Shown here in pieces: positions 22,201 through 37,200 of a stretch of 64,000 nt of DNA. The DNA is taken from positions 1 through 64,000 of the forward strand of contig JAXLNO010001237.1 of assembly GCA_038087875.1 (NCBI GenBank). Reading direction: 5' to 3'. Position numbers and translations under genes: made by a program. Under the pieces are notes generated by a model. The model ran no database searches, was not told the DNA's origin, and was given only the letters and a program-made list of their open reading frames with translations. This DNA comes from Malacoraja senta (Eukaryota). The number at the start of each line of letters is the position of its first letter. Within the stretch, counting starts at the first letter, position 1.

Positions 22201-25200
22201 TTCTTTTTAAAGTAGTCTTTTGCTCTCTTTATACCCAAGTGTCTCTCCTGTTTTCATTTGCCTATGCCTGCCAAATGCTTCCCTTTACTTCATCAAATGT
22301 GGGTGCCACGTTTGTGCATGAAGACTGCTGCCTCACAGAGCCAGAGACCCGGCTTCAATCCTGATCTCAGGTGCTGTCTGTGTGGCGTTTGCATGTTCTC
22401 CCTGTGTGACCACATGGGTTTCCACCGGGTGCACCGGTTTCCTCCCACATTCCAAAGACACGTGAGTTTGTAGGTTAGTTGGCCTCTGTAAATTGCCTCT
22501 ATTATGTACGGTGGATGAGAAGTGAGATAACATAGAACTAGTGTGAACGGGTAATCGATGGTCGGCATGGGCTCCGTGTTCCAAAGTGCCTGTTTCCATG
22601 CTGTATCACTACATGACTGAACTAAACTAAACTAAATCCTCAACGCCTCTGGTCGCTTTGTGTTCCCTGATCCTACTATCCTTACGTTTCACTTCTCCAG
22701 GATTGTTAGCTCAGAAACTGTACAAATCTCACTATTAGAAGACTCCCACTATTTGTATGTTGTTCTACCTACAACCAAATGCTCCCAATCTACTTCCGCC
22801 AGGACATCGGGCAATTTCTTATTGAAATTGGTGCGGAGGACATTGTCCTCCGCACCAATTTTCTCCCTTTCCATAACAGTCTTGAAACTTAAAGCAAAAT
22901 AATATCAATAAAATAACACCAATAAAATAACACTAGCAAAATAACACCAATAAAAAGATCCATTGTTAAAAAAAAAAAATCCTGGAAGAACTCAGCTTGT
23001 CAGGCAGCATATGTGGACCAGTCTGGACCCCAAACTTCAACTGTCCATTTCCCTTACCAGTGGTTCCCTGATCTGCCACGTTCCTCCTGCATTTTGTTTA
23101 TTGCTCCACATTCCAGTATCTGCCATCTCTTGTGTCTCCATGCTCCAGGGACACTGCTACCATTAGCCCAGCCTTATTGCCCAAGATTAGGTCCAGTACA
23201 GCTAATAGGACTATCTACACATTGGCTGATCTCTCCCGGGTGCACTTTATTAATTCTTCCCCATTAAAACCCTTTGCAATATGCACTTTCAGTCAATATT
23301 GGAGAAGTATCATGCTTTTCTAATCTTCTGGAATTTTTTGAAGATGTAACTAGGGAAATGGACAAGGGAGAGCCAGTGGATGTAATGTACCTGGACTTTC
23401 AGAAAGCATTTGATAAGGTCCCACATAGGAGATTAGTGGGCAAAATAAGGGAACATGGTATTGGGGGTAGAGTGCTGACATGGATAGAGAAGTGGTTGGC
23501 AGACAGGAGTAGGAATTAACGGGTCGCTTTCAGAATGGCAGGCAGTGACTAGTGGAGTACTGCAAGGCTCGGTGCTGGGACCGCAGCTATTTACAATATA
23601 CATCAATGATTTGGATGAAGGGATTCAAAGTAACTTTAGAAAATTTGCAGATGACACAAAGCTGGGTGGCAGTGTGAACTGTGAGGAGGATGCTATGAGA
23701 ATGCAGGGTGACTTGGACAGGTTGGGGGAGTGGGCAGATGCATGGCAGATGAAGTTTAATGCGGATAAATGTTAGGTTATCCACTTTGGTTACAAAAACA
23801 GGAAGGCAGATTTCTAAATGGCGTCAAGTGGGAAAAGGGGAAGTACAACGGGATCAGGGGGTCCTTGTTCATCAGTCTATGGACGTAAGTATGCAGGTAC
23901 AGCAGGCAGTGAAGAAAGCGAATGGCATGTTGGCCTTTATAACAAGAGGAATCGAATATAGGATCAAAGAGGTCCTTCTTCAGTTGAACAGCGCCCTAGT
24001 GAGACCACACCTGGAATATTGTGTGCAGTTAGTGTTTCGTCGTCTCCGTTCTAAATGGCTTACTCCTTATTCTTAAACTGTGGCCCCTGGTTCTGGACTC
24101 CCCCAAAATCGGGAACATGTTTCCTGCCTCTAGCGTGTCCAAACCCTTATCAAACACTTAACCCTTAACCCCTAAAATTCCCCTAATTTGAGGAAGGACA
24201 TTCTTGCTATTGAGGGAGTGCAGCATAGGTTTACAAGGTTAATTCCAGGGATGGCGGGACTGTCGTATGCTGAGAGAATGGGCTTGTACACTATGGAGCT
24301 GGGCTTGTACACTATGGAGTTTAGAAGGATGAGAGGGTATCTCATTGAAACATATAAGATTGTTAACGGTTTGGACACGCTAGAGGCAGGAAACATGTTC
24401 CCAATTTTGGGGGAGTCCAGAACCCGGGGCCACAGTTTAAGAATAAGGAGTAAGCCATTTAGAACGGAGACGACGAAACACTTTTTCTCACAGAGAGTGG
24501 TGCGTCTGTGGAATTCTCTGCCTCAGAGGGCGGTGGAGGCAGGGTCTCTGGATGCTTTCAAGAGAGAGCTAGATAGGGCTCTTAAAAATAGCGGAGTCAG
24601 GGGATATGGGGAGAAGGCAGGAACGGGGTACTGATTGGGGATGATCAGCCATGATCACATTGAATGGCGGTGCTGGCTCGAACGGCCGAATGGCCTACTC
24701 CTGCACCTATTGTCTATTGTCTGTTGTCTATTGTCTAAGTATAAATCCCCCACCATTATAAGCCTATTGCTCTTGTATTGGATGTGGACCATTGGCTTAA
24801 AGCTTGATCTGCAGTACAATTCTGCTCCATTTGGGGAAATTTGTACGGAGGATGCAGTTGTAAGAAAAACAGAGTGTAACAGCAAGAACTTCCAACTTTC
24901 AACATCAGGCCCTACGACCCATGATGTCTGCGCTGAACATGCTGCCTTCTTAAACTAATCTCTTCTGCCTGCACATCCCTCCATTTCCTGCATAATTACT
25001 TGCCTATCTAAAAGGTTCTTAAATGCTACAATCGTATCCACAATCACCACTGACAGTACATTCCAGGTGCCTAAATATAGTTTAAAAAAATGGCTTTCTA
25101 TCTTCTTTAAATTTTTCTCTTCTTAAACCTAATGTTTAAGAGTGGCATGGTGGTGCAGCGGTAGAGTTGCTGCCTTACAGAGCTTACAGCACCTAAGACC

Positions 25201-28200
25201 CGGGTTTGATCCTGACTACGGATGCTGTCTGTACCGAATTTGTACGTTCTCCCCGTGACCGGGTTGGTTTTCTCTGAGATCTTTGGTTTCCTCCCACACT
25301 CCAAAGACATATAGGTTTGTAGGTTAATTGGCTTGGTATCAATGTAAAATTGTCCCTAATGTGTGTTGGATAGTGTTAATGTATATATAATCTGCTGGAT
25401 CTTCTGGCAGCCTTCTTCACTGTCCACAACCCCATACATTTTTGTGTTATTTGTAAACGTACTGGCATAGGAGCTGAACCCCACTGATCTCACTCTCCTA
25501 CATGTCCTTCTCCTTGTTGAATACTGATGCAAAGTACTCCTTTAGTACCTCACCTGCATCCTCTGACTCCAAGCATAAAATCTCTCCTTTTGCACCGTGT
25601 GATCCTATCTTCTCGCTAGTAACCCACTTGTTTAAATGTGTGTATTAAATGCCTTGGGATTGTTGTTAATTCTGCTTGTCTGGGGCATTTCATGTCCCCT
25701 TTGGTCATCCTACTTCCTTGCTTTAGTTCATTCCTGCTTTCTTTATATTCCTTAAAGTTTCTGTCTGATTTCATCTTCCTACATATTACAAATGCTTCTG
25801 TTTCCTTTTTGGCCAAATTTACAAAGTTTTGTTGCCTGCCTCCCATTCATTCTCTTCTCCTTATGGAACATACCAGTCTCAAGTAACCCCAGCATTCCAT
25901 CTCTCTCTATCCCTCCCCCACCCAAGTCGCACCAGCTTCTCGTTTTCACCTAACAAACAGCTAACAATGGCCTGTTTCCTTTATCATCGTTATTTGTTGC
26001 ATATCTTTCGTTCATTGTTCATTATCTCTCTACATCATCATCTATATCTCTAGTTTCCCTTATCCCTAACTAGTCTGAAGAAGGGTCTCGACCCAAAAAA
26101 TGTCACCCATTACTTCTCTCCAGAGATGTGGCCTGCCCTGCTGAGTTACTCCAGCTTTTTGTGTCTATCTTCGCTTTAAACCAGCATCTGCAATTCCTTC
26201 CTACTCATACCAGTCTTGAACTTTGGTCTTCAAATGACTCCCACGTTAGATGTGGACTGACCCAAGAACAGCTGCTCCCAAATTACTCTCTCTATTTGGT
26301 GAGCAATAGTGTTGTAATTTGCTCTCCCCCAGTCCAGACGTATCCTTATTCAGAACTATCTTAAAAATCTGATGGAGTTGTGAACACTGTTCCAAAAATG
26401 TTCTCCCACTGAAATGCCAATCACCATTACCACTTCCTGACCCTCTACTGCCCGCACATGGAGATCTAGCAAAAACCTCAAACTAAATGAATATCATATC
26501 ATAAGATCATAAGTGATCAGTGATAGGAGCAGAAATAGGTCATTCAGCCCATCAAGTCTACTCCACCATTCAATCATGGCTGATCTATCTCTCCCTCCCA
26601 ACCCCATTCTCCTGCCTTCTCCCCATAACCTCTGATACCGTACTAATCAATATTGTTATCCGAATTAGTAAGCCTAGAAATAGATAATGAATTAGTTTAA
26701 GAACTGATATAGAACCTATTCAGTATGTAGGATCTACAGATATCAAAGCTATCAAACTGGACATAACTTACAGCTTAATGTTCCAGGTTTTTGATGTTTC
26801 AGGTGTGGTAGAGAGGGAGGTAAATGTACTGGAGGAATTGCACTATTAATTGATGAAGGTTAGGCAGTGGATGTTGTAGACATGGATATTAGTAAGGCTT
26901 TTGATAAGTTCTCTCATGATAAGCTGATCCAGAAATGTAAGATTTCTGGAATTCACGATGACTTGGTCATATGCATTCAGAAATGGCTTAATCATAGAAG
27001 ACACAGGGACGTGGAAGGAAGATATTCTGGCTGGAGGTCTGTGACTAGTGGGAATCTGCTATTCTAAGCCAAGGTTCTTTGCCACAATTGCTCTGTGGGA
27101 AAACCCTCATTAACAATGTGTAACTGACAGAGGTGGGAGATGAGGACAAGGGGACCCCTATCCTTGTTTTGGGTGGATTGAGAGGGAATGAGAGCAGAAA
27201 TGTGAGACTTGGTACATGAACAGTTGAGAGTCTTGTCAGCATTCACAGTCTTTTTCACAGACATAGGGGAAGGAGATAGAGAGCTCAGTAATATGGCTTG
27301 AAGACGACAACTTCTCCCTCATTGTCAGTGATGATGATGAAACGTTTGTGGATATTGCCTCCGTTTAATTTGTAGAAAGGATTTCATTAGGTTCCAAAAA
27401 TGTGAACACACAAAATATGACGTAACTTTGCAAAACAAGAGACAGAGAAGTTCCATGCTTCGCTGAGTGTGTCAAATGGCAATCCTTGGTAATCCTGAGG
27501 GATCTGCACTTTTAACCTGATGGGAGAATTCAGAGTTATATATAAAATCAAAATCAGATCTGAAGGAAAATCCTGGAAGCATTTAGCGGGTCAGGCAGCA
27601 AAGTGGCGAGTGAAACTCAGTTCATAGTTTAGACAGTGACCGGATGATGTTCACACTTGTTCACATGATGTTCCATGTTTACAGACACGACTGAATTAGG
27701 AAGCAGAGGATGTCATGCAAATTGCAAAGATACAGGCTGAGGCATTGAGTGGCCAGACTATGGAAGATGGAATTTATTGAGGGAAAATATGTCGCCATAT
27801 ATTTTAGATCCATCAATATCAAACCACTCTCTTCTTAACGCATGTTATCCCAGTTATATTGAACATCATTTGGTGGTATATGTAAATTAATTATTCATGG
27901 CACCCAATCTATCATTCATGCCAGAAATGCCTTTACTCACCACTGATGTTAAACAATAGTCTTATCTTTTCAGGATCTTCCAGTGTCCAGTTGCTCTCTA
28001 ATGCCTATCCCAAAGGAGTGGTGGTGTGCTCTGATCCAGAATGCCCTGATGCGATCAGGGGGTTTGGCTAGAAGGAACTAACCAAGTTGGCCCTGCCCAA
28101 AATCTATCACTTCCCTGTGTATAGGAATGAACTGTAGATGCTGATTTACACCGAAGGTAGACACAAAATACTGGAGTAACTCAGCAACTCTGGAAAAAAG

Positions 28201-31200
28201 GAATAGGTGACGTTTCAGGACGAGACCCTTCTTCAGAGCCACAGAGGAGTAGCAGCGGGAAAGGGTGTTGCAGAACTCCCATCAGAGGAGAGCCTCTTCG
28301 AAATAGGCATACCTTGAGGACATTTTGCAGCGGAACAGACAAAGATTGTTGGAAGTTTACATTGGAGATAGAAACAAAATGTTCTGGTAACTCAGCAGGT
28401 CAGGAAGCATCTTTGGGGAAAAGGAACAGATGTCATTTTGGGTCTAGACCCTTCTTCAGACATGAAGAAGGTCTGAAGTTGGTCTGAAGAAGGGTCTCGA
28501 CCCGAAATGTCACCAATCCTTTTCTCCAGAGATGCTGCCTGACCCACTGAGTTACTCCAGCATGTTGTGTCCATCTATCACTTCACACTCCTCTGGATTG
28601 AAATCCACATGCCACCCAATCAATGGACAATCTAGTGCTGCCCTCCTGTGGCTGCAAACATTCTTCTTCACTATCAGTAACACTGCCATTTTTTGATAAT
28701 AACTGCAAGCTTCATAAATTTGGTATTTTATTTTCAAATCAAAAGAATCATTTCTAAAGCTCACATGAAGCACGAGGCTGGGGAGAACCAATCCATAGAG
28801 CCTTCCATTCAAAAATTCTCTCAGCATCCGTCATCCAGTTTCGCTCAAGCAGCTACTTCTCAACCCCTCCCACTCTCTGCTAATCTTTTCCCCCTCATCA
28901 TGCCTTTAATGCTTCTGCAATTATTTTTAATTTTGGTTCACTTTTTTGATCACACTACAAAGAGAAGTAGGTAATTCCTAACCAGGCCCCTCATGTTTCT
29001 CTCACCATTCAATATGATCATGGCTGATCTGCCCAGAACTCATCTCATCTTCTGTGCACAATCGCCCTCAATCCTCCCGATCCCTCAAAAGGTTATCTAC
29101 CTCCACCTTAAGAACGTCAAATGGTCTAGCTTGTACAACTCCCTGAGGCAGAGCTTAGTGCAGTTTAGAGATACAGTGCGGAAACAGGCCCTTCGGCCCA
29201 CTGAATCCACACTGACCAGCGATCCCTGCACATTAACACTATCATAAATAAACTAGGGACAATTTACACTTAAACCAAGCCAATTAACCTGCAAATCTGG
29301 ACGCCTTTGGAGTGTGGGAGGAAACTGAAGATCTCTGAGAAAACCCACACGGTAATGGGGAGAACGTACAAACTCTGTACAGACAGCACCCGCATTCGGG
29401 ATCAAACCCAGGTCTCTGGCGCTGCAAGCGCAGTAAGGCAGCAACTCTACCGCTGCACCACCGTGCCGCCCAATTTCAGAAATTCACTACTCTCTGCAAA
29501 AATGTCTACACACCTTAGTGTGTTAAATTTTTTTATTTAAAATATTGTTTTTATTAGAAGCAATTGTACAGAGATAAAACATTCGGCATCTAAAATTATA
29601 CAATAATTGTACAGCTTCATTTTTAACCTTATAACCTAAATTATGAAAATGAAAAAAGAAAAGAAAAAGATAACAAGAGAGAAAAAAGTAGAAAGTGAAA
29701 AGATAGATTGAAGAAGAACAAAAGAGAATCCCCTAAACTACCAAAGTAGTGTGGCAGAAAGATATAGAAAGAAGAAAAAAGAAAATGAAAAGTGGAGATA
29801 TACCTTGCCCCTCGTCTCCACTGCCCGCCTCACCCAACCCAGCATCGGACTTAAATTTAAATTTGTGTTGCACCATGCTATTGTTGTAAGAATTCGGTAA
29901 AGGGTGTCCATGTCTTAAGAAATTGATCTGTTTTTTCCGTCAAGGCAAGCCTAATATTTTCCAAATGTACTGTCTCCGACATGTTTGTGATCCACATCTT
30001 CACTGTAGGGACTGTTGTCTGTTTCCAAAATGTAAGTGTTAATTTTTTCGCTGTTATTAGGCGAAAAAACGTCTTTGAAATATCGCTAGCTCAGAACAGG
30101 CCTCTGGCATACCGAGTGTGATCAGTTTTATGTCGGGATCCAATTTAGTTTAAAGTATTTTGGAAAAGATATCAAAAATTCCCCTCCAGAAGTTTAGAAA
30201 TTTTGTGCAGGAAACAAAAGTTATTGTGTTAAATGACCGGGCATTTATTGTAATATGTTCCCTCAGTCAAGATTCTCTCACAAGTGCAAACATCTAAGCA
30301 TCTACCCCATCACGCGGGATCACCAGCTGATGTTGTAATAAAAGAGACCAGAGATGACCGATACTAAATGTGGTAACTTTTAATAGCGATCTGTATGATT
30401 GGTCAAACGGAGATTTGCCGTAGGGGGGAAGTTTAATCTATCTCTGATAAAGAAATGGATAGAGATAGTGAAAAGACACCAACCCCCAAAGAAGGAGGAA
30501 GCAGGTGATAAACAAAGAGGGAAATAAGGGTCCTGTGTCTATAACACAAAAGCAGGTGGTACTGTGGTTAGTTATAGTTGTACTGCTGTATATAACTTTA
30601 AGATTAAAGGACAAAATAACTCTTACGTCCCTCTGGAGCAACAGCAAGGGACCGCCCAACAGGGATGGTATCCAGTCCTTTACTGATAATTTTATAATCT
30701 CTAGAACGGATTCACTGCCGATACTGAGAAGACAGGCTCTGTGCAAACTGGGAGCGGTCTTACACTGCACCGCAGATGGTATGTTTATGGAACTACCTCA
30801 AATTCGGACCCATCAATTGTTAATTTAATTAATACGGAAAAACAAGGGCAAAATGCACTCATCCTATACTGTAGGCAATTGAGTAGCAATCCGTACAGTC
30901 AATTGGTCAGCCATCTTCATTGTGCTCTGCAAAGAGTGCAGGATCCAAAAGGTCAGTATTTACAGTATCTTGTCGAAACCAGCTGAGAACATAAGCGAAC
31001 GCATTGCATGGCATTACATACACAAAAAGCTGGAATAACTCTGGGGCAGGCAGCATCCCTGGAGAGAAGGAATGGGTGATTTTTCAGGTCGAGATCCTTC
31101 TTCAGATGAGATGTTTCAGGTCGAGATCCTTCTTCAGATATATATGTATATATACACACACTGAACCTTTTTTTTTCTCGTTTATTATGTTATTTACAGT

Positions 31201-34200
31201 ATACTATGTTGACATATTCTGTTGTGCTGATGAAATAAAGAATGTTATTCTATCTGGGACATATGACAATAAAACACTCTTGACTCCTGACATCTATCCT
31301 GCACTCCAAGAAACAATCTGGTTGATGGGCACAATGGTGGATATTCTGCCACTATTTCTCCTGAATTTCCCCAGCACTTAGAGAATGTTTAAACTTTTCC
31401 TAGCACCCTAGTTACCTAAAGAAAGAGACCTGCCTTTTACAATTCATATTTTGAAACATGTTTCGAAATAACGGTGTTCCTCATTGCTTAAATACAACTG
31501 CAATAATAGTTAGAAAAAGGAACTTGCAAGTCCATTTTAACTCTTGAACTTCTACAGATATACAGTTGAGACCATATTGAATGGTTGCATCAGGGTTCGG
31601 CCACTCAAACACCCAGGAGTGAAGATTGCAAAAACTGGTGAACGTTGCCCAGTTCATCATGGGTTCTGACCTCCCCACCATCAAAGGAAGTTACAGGAAT
31701 CACTGCTTCAAAAAGGCAATAGACAATAGACAATAGGTGCAGGAGTAGGCCATTCTGCCCATCAAGCCAGCACCGCCATTCAATGTGATCATGGCTTAGC
31801 ATTCCCAATCAGTACCCGGGTTCCTGCCTTCTCTCCATATCCCCTGACTCCGCTATCTTTTAGAGCACAATCAAGCTCTCTCTTGAAAGTATCCAGAGAA
31901 CCGGCCTTCACCGACCTCTGAGGCAGAGAATTCCACACAACTCTATGTGAGAAAAAGTGTTTCCATGTCTCCGTTCTAAATGGCTTACCCCTTATTCTTA
32001 AACTGTGGACCCTGGTTCATAAACTCATGGATATTTATGAATATTCTGCATATTCATTCCCAATTTGTACTCATTTTCTTTTCATCTGAGCTCCACACTT
32101 CCACTCAGCACTGAAATGACCAACAATCCTTTTGGTAAAAGCAACTGCACAGAAGTACAAACATTGAATGTCAATGGATAAATCCTGTTCTATGTAAGTG
32201 TTTGTTGACGGTAACTGTGTTAAACTGAGCAGTATATCAGGAACTAAGCTAGTATTTTAGTAACATTCATTTAGTATAGTCAATAGATAATAAACAAGAG
32301 ACAATAGGTGCAGGAGTAGGCCATTTGGCCCTTTGAGCCAGCACCGCCTTTCACTGTGATCATCCACAATCAGTACCCCTTTCCTGCCTTCTCCCCATAT
32401 CCCTTGACTCCGCTATCTTTAGAGCTCTATCGAACTCTCTCTTGAAAGCATCCAGAGAATTGGCCTCCACTGCCTTCTGAGGCAGAGAATTCCACAGATT
32501 CGTAACTCTCTGGGTGAAAAAGTTTTTCCTCATCTCCGCTTTAAATGGCCTACCACTTATTTTTTAAATATGGCCCCTGGTTCTGGACTCCCCCAACATC
32601 GGGAACATGTTTCCTGCCTCTAGCATGTCCAATCCCTTGATAATCTTATATGTTTCAATAAGATAACCTCTCACCCTTCTAAACTCCAGAGTATACAAGC
32701 CCAGCCGCTCCATTCGCTCAGCATATGACAGTCCCGCCATCCGGGGAATTAACCTTGTAAACCTACGCTGCACTCCCTCAATCGCAAGAATGTCCTTCCT
32801 CAAATTAGGGGACCAAAACTGCACACAATACTCCAGGTGTGGTCTCACTTGGGCCCTATACAACTGCAGAAGGACCTATTTGCTCCTATATTCAACTCCT
32901 CTTGTTATAAAGGGCATCATGCCATTCGCTTTCTTCACTGCCTGCTGTATCTGCATGCTTACTTTCATTGACTGATAAACTAGGGAGCATGTTGGTGTCT
33001 GTAAAAAGCTTTTAGAGGCACCAAATGTGACAAAAGGATCATAAAGACACAAGTGTGCTGGTTTACACCAAAGATAGTCAAGTCAAGTCAAGTCAAGTTT
33101 ATTCGTCACATACACATACGAGATGTGCAGTGAAATGAAAAGTGGCAATGCTCGCGGACTTTGTGCAATAAAACAAACAAACAAACAAACAAACTACAAA
33201 CAGAATAGAACAGAATCACATATTCTTTTACATATTAAATATTGTGGGCGGAAGGAAAAAAAACAACCCAGCAATTAAAAAACAACAAAAACCAGTAGAG
33301 TGGTCCAGTGAAGTTAGTCCCTGGTGAGATAGGAGTTTACAGTCCTAATGGCCTCTGGGAAGAAACTCCTTCTCAACCTCTCTGTTCTCACAGCATGGCA
33401 AAGGAGACGTTTGCCTGGCCGTAGCAGCTGGAACAGTCCGTTGCAGGGGTGGAAGGGGTCTCCCATGATCTTATGGCTCTGGAGTTGCACCTCCTGATGT
33501 ATAGTTGACTACACTCATTGACAATATATTTAACAATGATTTGGAAAATAAAATAGTAAGTGGATTATTAATTAATGATATAAGTGACCATCTGCCAGTT
33601 TTTGTAGTTTATGATGGTGTCCACAGGAATAACAAACCAAGCAGATTAATAGAATATAGAAGAGTGAGATCGGAGGAAGCTATCAATGCACTAAAAAAGG
33701 ATCTATTGGCACAAAACTGGGATATAATATACCAAAAAAGAGACATTGATAGTGCTTATGAAACATTTATTGATATGTTTAAGTTATTATATGATAAAAA
33801 TTGTCCAATTAAAGAATATAATAGAAAATCAAAATATAATAAATGTCCATGGATTACAAAGGGATTACAAAATGCTTGTAAAAAAAAAAATGGCCTATAC
33901 AGAGATTTTATAAGAGAGAGAACTAAAGATACAGAAAATAAATATAAAAAGTATAAAAATAAATTAACTTACATCATAAGAGAAAGCAAGAAAGATTATT
34001 ATAAGAAGAAATTAGATGACAATAAAGACAATATAAAAAGAATATGGAGCATACTTAATAGCATTATCCGAAATGGTCCGGGGAGAACAAATTACCCGAA
34101 GTATTTTATTGATAAGGATAAGGAAATTTACAACATGGAAGATATAGCTAATAGCTTTAATAATTTTTTTGTTAATATTGGACCAGACCTGGCTAAACAA

Positions 34201-37200
34201 ATCCCTGATTCAGGGACATCTGGAGAAACACCTGAGAAATTAGTGGAAAGAAATCCCTGCTCTATGTTTCTTACGGCAGTAGAAGAGAAAGAACTGCTGG
34301 ATATTGTCAAAACATGTAAAAATAAGAAGTCTACCGATTTCAATGACATTGACATGTCGCTAGTTAAGATGGTCATTGAGGGGATCTCCAAACCTTTAAC
34401 ATTCATCTGTAATTTATCCTTCCAGACCGGAACTTTTCCAATTAAAATGAAAATAGCAAAAATAATACCAATATACAAAACAGGGAACAAGCATCATTTT
34501 ACAAACTATAGACCTGTTTCCTTACTCCCACAATTTTCCAAAATATTAGAAAAAATGTTTAATAATAGACTAGACAAATTTGTAGAAAATAATAAATTAT
34601 TAACAGAAAGTCAATATGGATTCAGAACAAATAGATCAACATCACTTGCAATACTAGAATTAATTGAAGACATCACAAACGCCATTGATAAGAAATTATA
34701 TGCAGCTGGGATATTCATTGACATAAAAAAAGCATTTGATACAATTAATCATGATATTTTATTAAAAAAATTGGAGAGGTATGGAATTAGAGGAATAGTA
34801 CTGGACTGGATTAAAAGCTACTTAAGTAACAGGCAACAGTTTGTAAATCTGGGTAGTCATAATTCTACATGTTTGGACATTGTGTGTGGTGTACCACAGG
34901 GGTCAGTGCTGGGCCCAAAATTATTTATCATGTACATAAATGATATTTGTAATGTGTCCAATGTCTTGAGGCTGGTTTTGTTTGCAGATGATACAAATAT
35001 TTTTTGCTCTGGAGAAAATTTAAAAAGGCTATTGGATAAAATAATAAAAGAAATGGGTAAATTGAAAATATGGTTTGATAGTAATAAAATTTCATTAAAT
35101 CTGAGTAAAACTAAAATAATGTTATTTGGTAATTGTAGAATAAGTCCCCTAGTAAGTATAAAGATAAATGGGGTGGAAGTTGAAAGAGTGCATGAAAATA
35201 AATTTCTTGGGGTTATAATTGACGATAAAATAAGCTGGAAATCACATATTAAACATGTAAAATTAAAATTATCAAAAAGTATCTCTGTATTATACAAAGC
35301 CAAGCAAGCTCTGGATTACAAATCACTCCGTATTCTTTATTGTACATTAATTTTACCCTACTTAAATTATTGTACAGAGGTCTGGGGAAATAATTATAAA
35401 AATTCGATACACTCATTAACCATGATGCAAAAAAGAGCAATTCGTATTATCCATAATGCTAAGTATCTGGGTCATACGAATCCATTATTTTTAGAGTCAA
35501 AATTATTAAAATTAGAAGATTTGGTCACATTCAAAACAGCTCAGATAATGTTTAGGGCCAAAAATAAAAATTTACCTGGAAACATTCAAAAATTATTTAA
35601 CGAGCGTGTGGGGGGTTACAATTTAAGAGGAATATTTAACTTTAAGAAACAACAAGTCCGTACGACTAGAAAATCCTTTTGTATTTCGGTTTGTGGAGTA
35701 GGAGTGTGGAATAAATTGAACGGGGAATTGAAGCAATGCACAAACATGAATCATTTTAAAATGATATATAAAAAAATAATGCTCAAGGGGTACAGGGATG
35801 GAGGGGATGGTTGACAAGTGGGGGTTGATGTTTATCTTGTTTACAATCGTTGATGTTTATCTTGTTACTATTGTTGATGTTTATCTTGTTTACTATTGTT
35901 CACTGATGTTGGGTACTTCAAATATGAAGATTGTATGTACATAATAGTTGAATGTATATAAGTGTCTGTATGTATTATGGGAAATTGCCTAGGGCAGTAC
36001 TATTATTAGTAAGGAATTGATTTTTAAATACGATAGAAGTGTGGGAAAAGGGGTGAGATTTAATAAGTTATTCTTCTTCTCACTCCTTTTCGAGCTTGTA
36101 CAGACTCTGAGTTGGACATTGGAACCTTGATTTTGTTCTTCTCAATTGTAAATGTTGATTGCAATGTTCAATTGTTTGATAATTTCGATTTTGTTAATAT
36201 CAATGTCTTTAATGTCTTTACTTGTTCGGAATAAATAAATAAAATAAATAAATAAATAAAAAATAGTTCCTGCAGAGGGGCGAGTGAAGTTCCCATAGTA
36301 CGTTCGGCCGAACGCACTACTCTCTGCAGAGCCTCATTGTCCTGGGCAGAGCAGTTCCCAAACCAGATTGTAATATTTCCGGACAAGATGCTTTCCACAG
36401 CCGCTGAGTAGAAGCACTGGAGGATCCTCGGAGACACTCTGAATTTCCTCAATAGTCTGAGGTGGTAAAGGCGCTGCCTTGCCTTACTCACGAGTGCTGC
36501 AGCGTGTGATGTCCATGTCATATCCTCAGAGATGTGGACTCCCAGGTATTTAAAACAGCTCACCCTATCCACAGTATCCCCATTTTACCTCAATGGTGTG
36601 TACGTCCTCGGATGATGTGCCCTCCTAAAGTCCACGATCAGCTCCTTAGTTTTTTTGATGTTCAAGCGGAGGCTGTTGTCCTGACACCAGAGTGCCAGAT
36701 CAGCCACCTCCTCCCGGTAGGCCTTCTCATCGTTATCTGAGATCAGGCCCACCACCACAGTGTCATCAGCAAACTTGATTATCGAGTTGGAGCTGAACCT
36801 AGACACACAGTCATGTGTATAAAGGGAGTACAATAGGGGGCTGAGGACACAACCCTGGGGGTTCCTGTGCTCAGGGTGAGGGACCTCGATGTATTCCCTC
36901 CCATCTTGACTACCTGGGGCTGGCGGTGAGAAAGTCTAGGACCCAGGGACACAGAGGGTGTTGAGCCCTAATCCAGTAGCTTCTCGGCCAGTCTGGTGGA
37001 GACTATCGTGTTGAAGGCTGAACTGAAGTCTATGAACAGCTTCCTCATGTAGCCCCCCTTCTGGCTGTCAAGATGAGAGAGTGCTGTGTGAAAAACCTGG
37101 GAGACCGCATCTACACATAGACACAAAAAGCTGTAGTAACTCAGCAGGTCAGGCAGCATCTTTGGAAAATTAGGTGACATTTTGGCCTGAGAACCATCTT

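Noticed and set aside
27941-28000. Leader exon candidate (strong phase-1 donor gtgagt on minus)
   Set aside because: No ATG, an in-frame stop upstream, and a non-hydrophobic translation (LEDPEKIRLLFNIS). The exon at 45924-45972 is a far better leader.
28900-28970. Plus-strand leader-like ORF MPLMLLQLFLILVHFF followed by gtaatt
   Set aside because: Phase-2 donor, no downstream + strand Ig exon found, and it sits in T-rich decayed repeat sequence.
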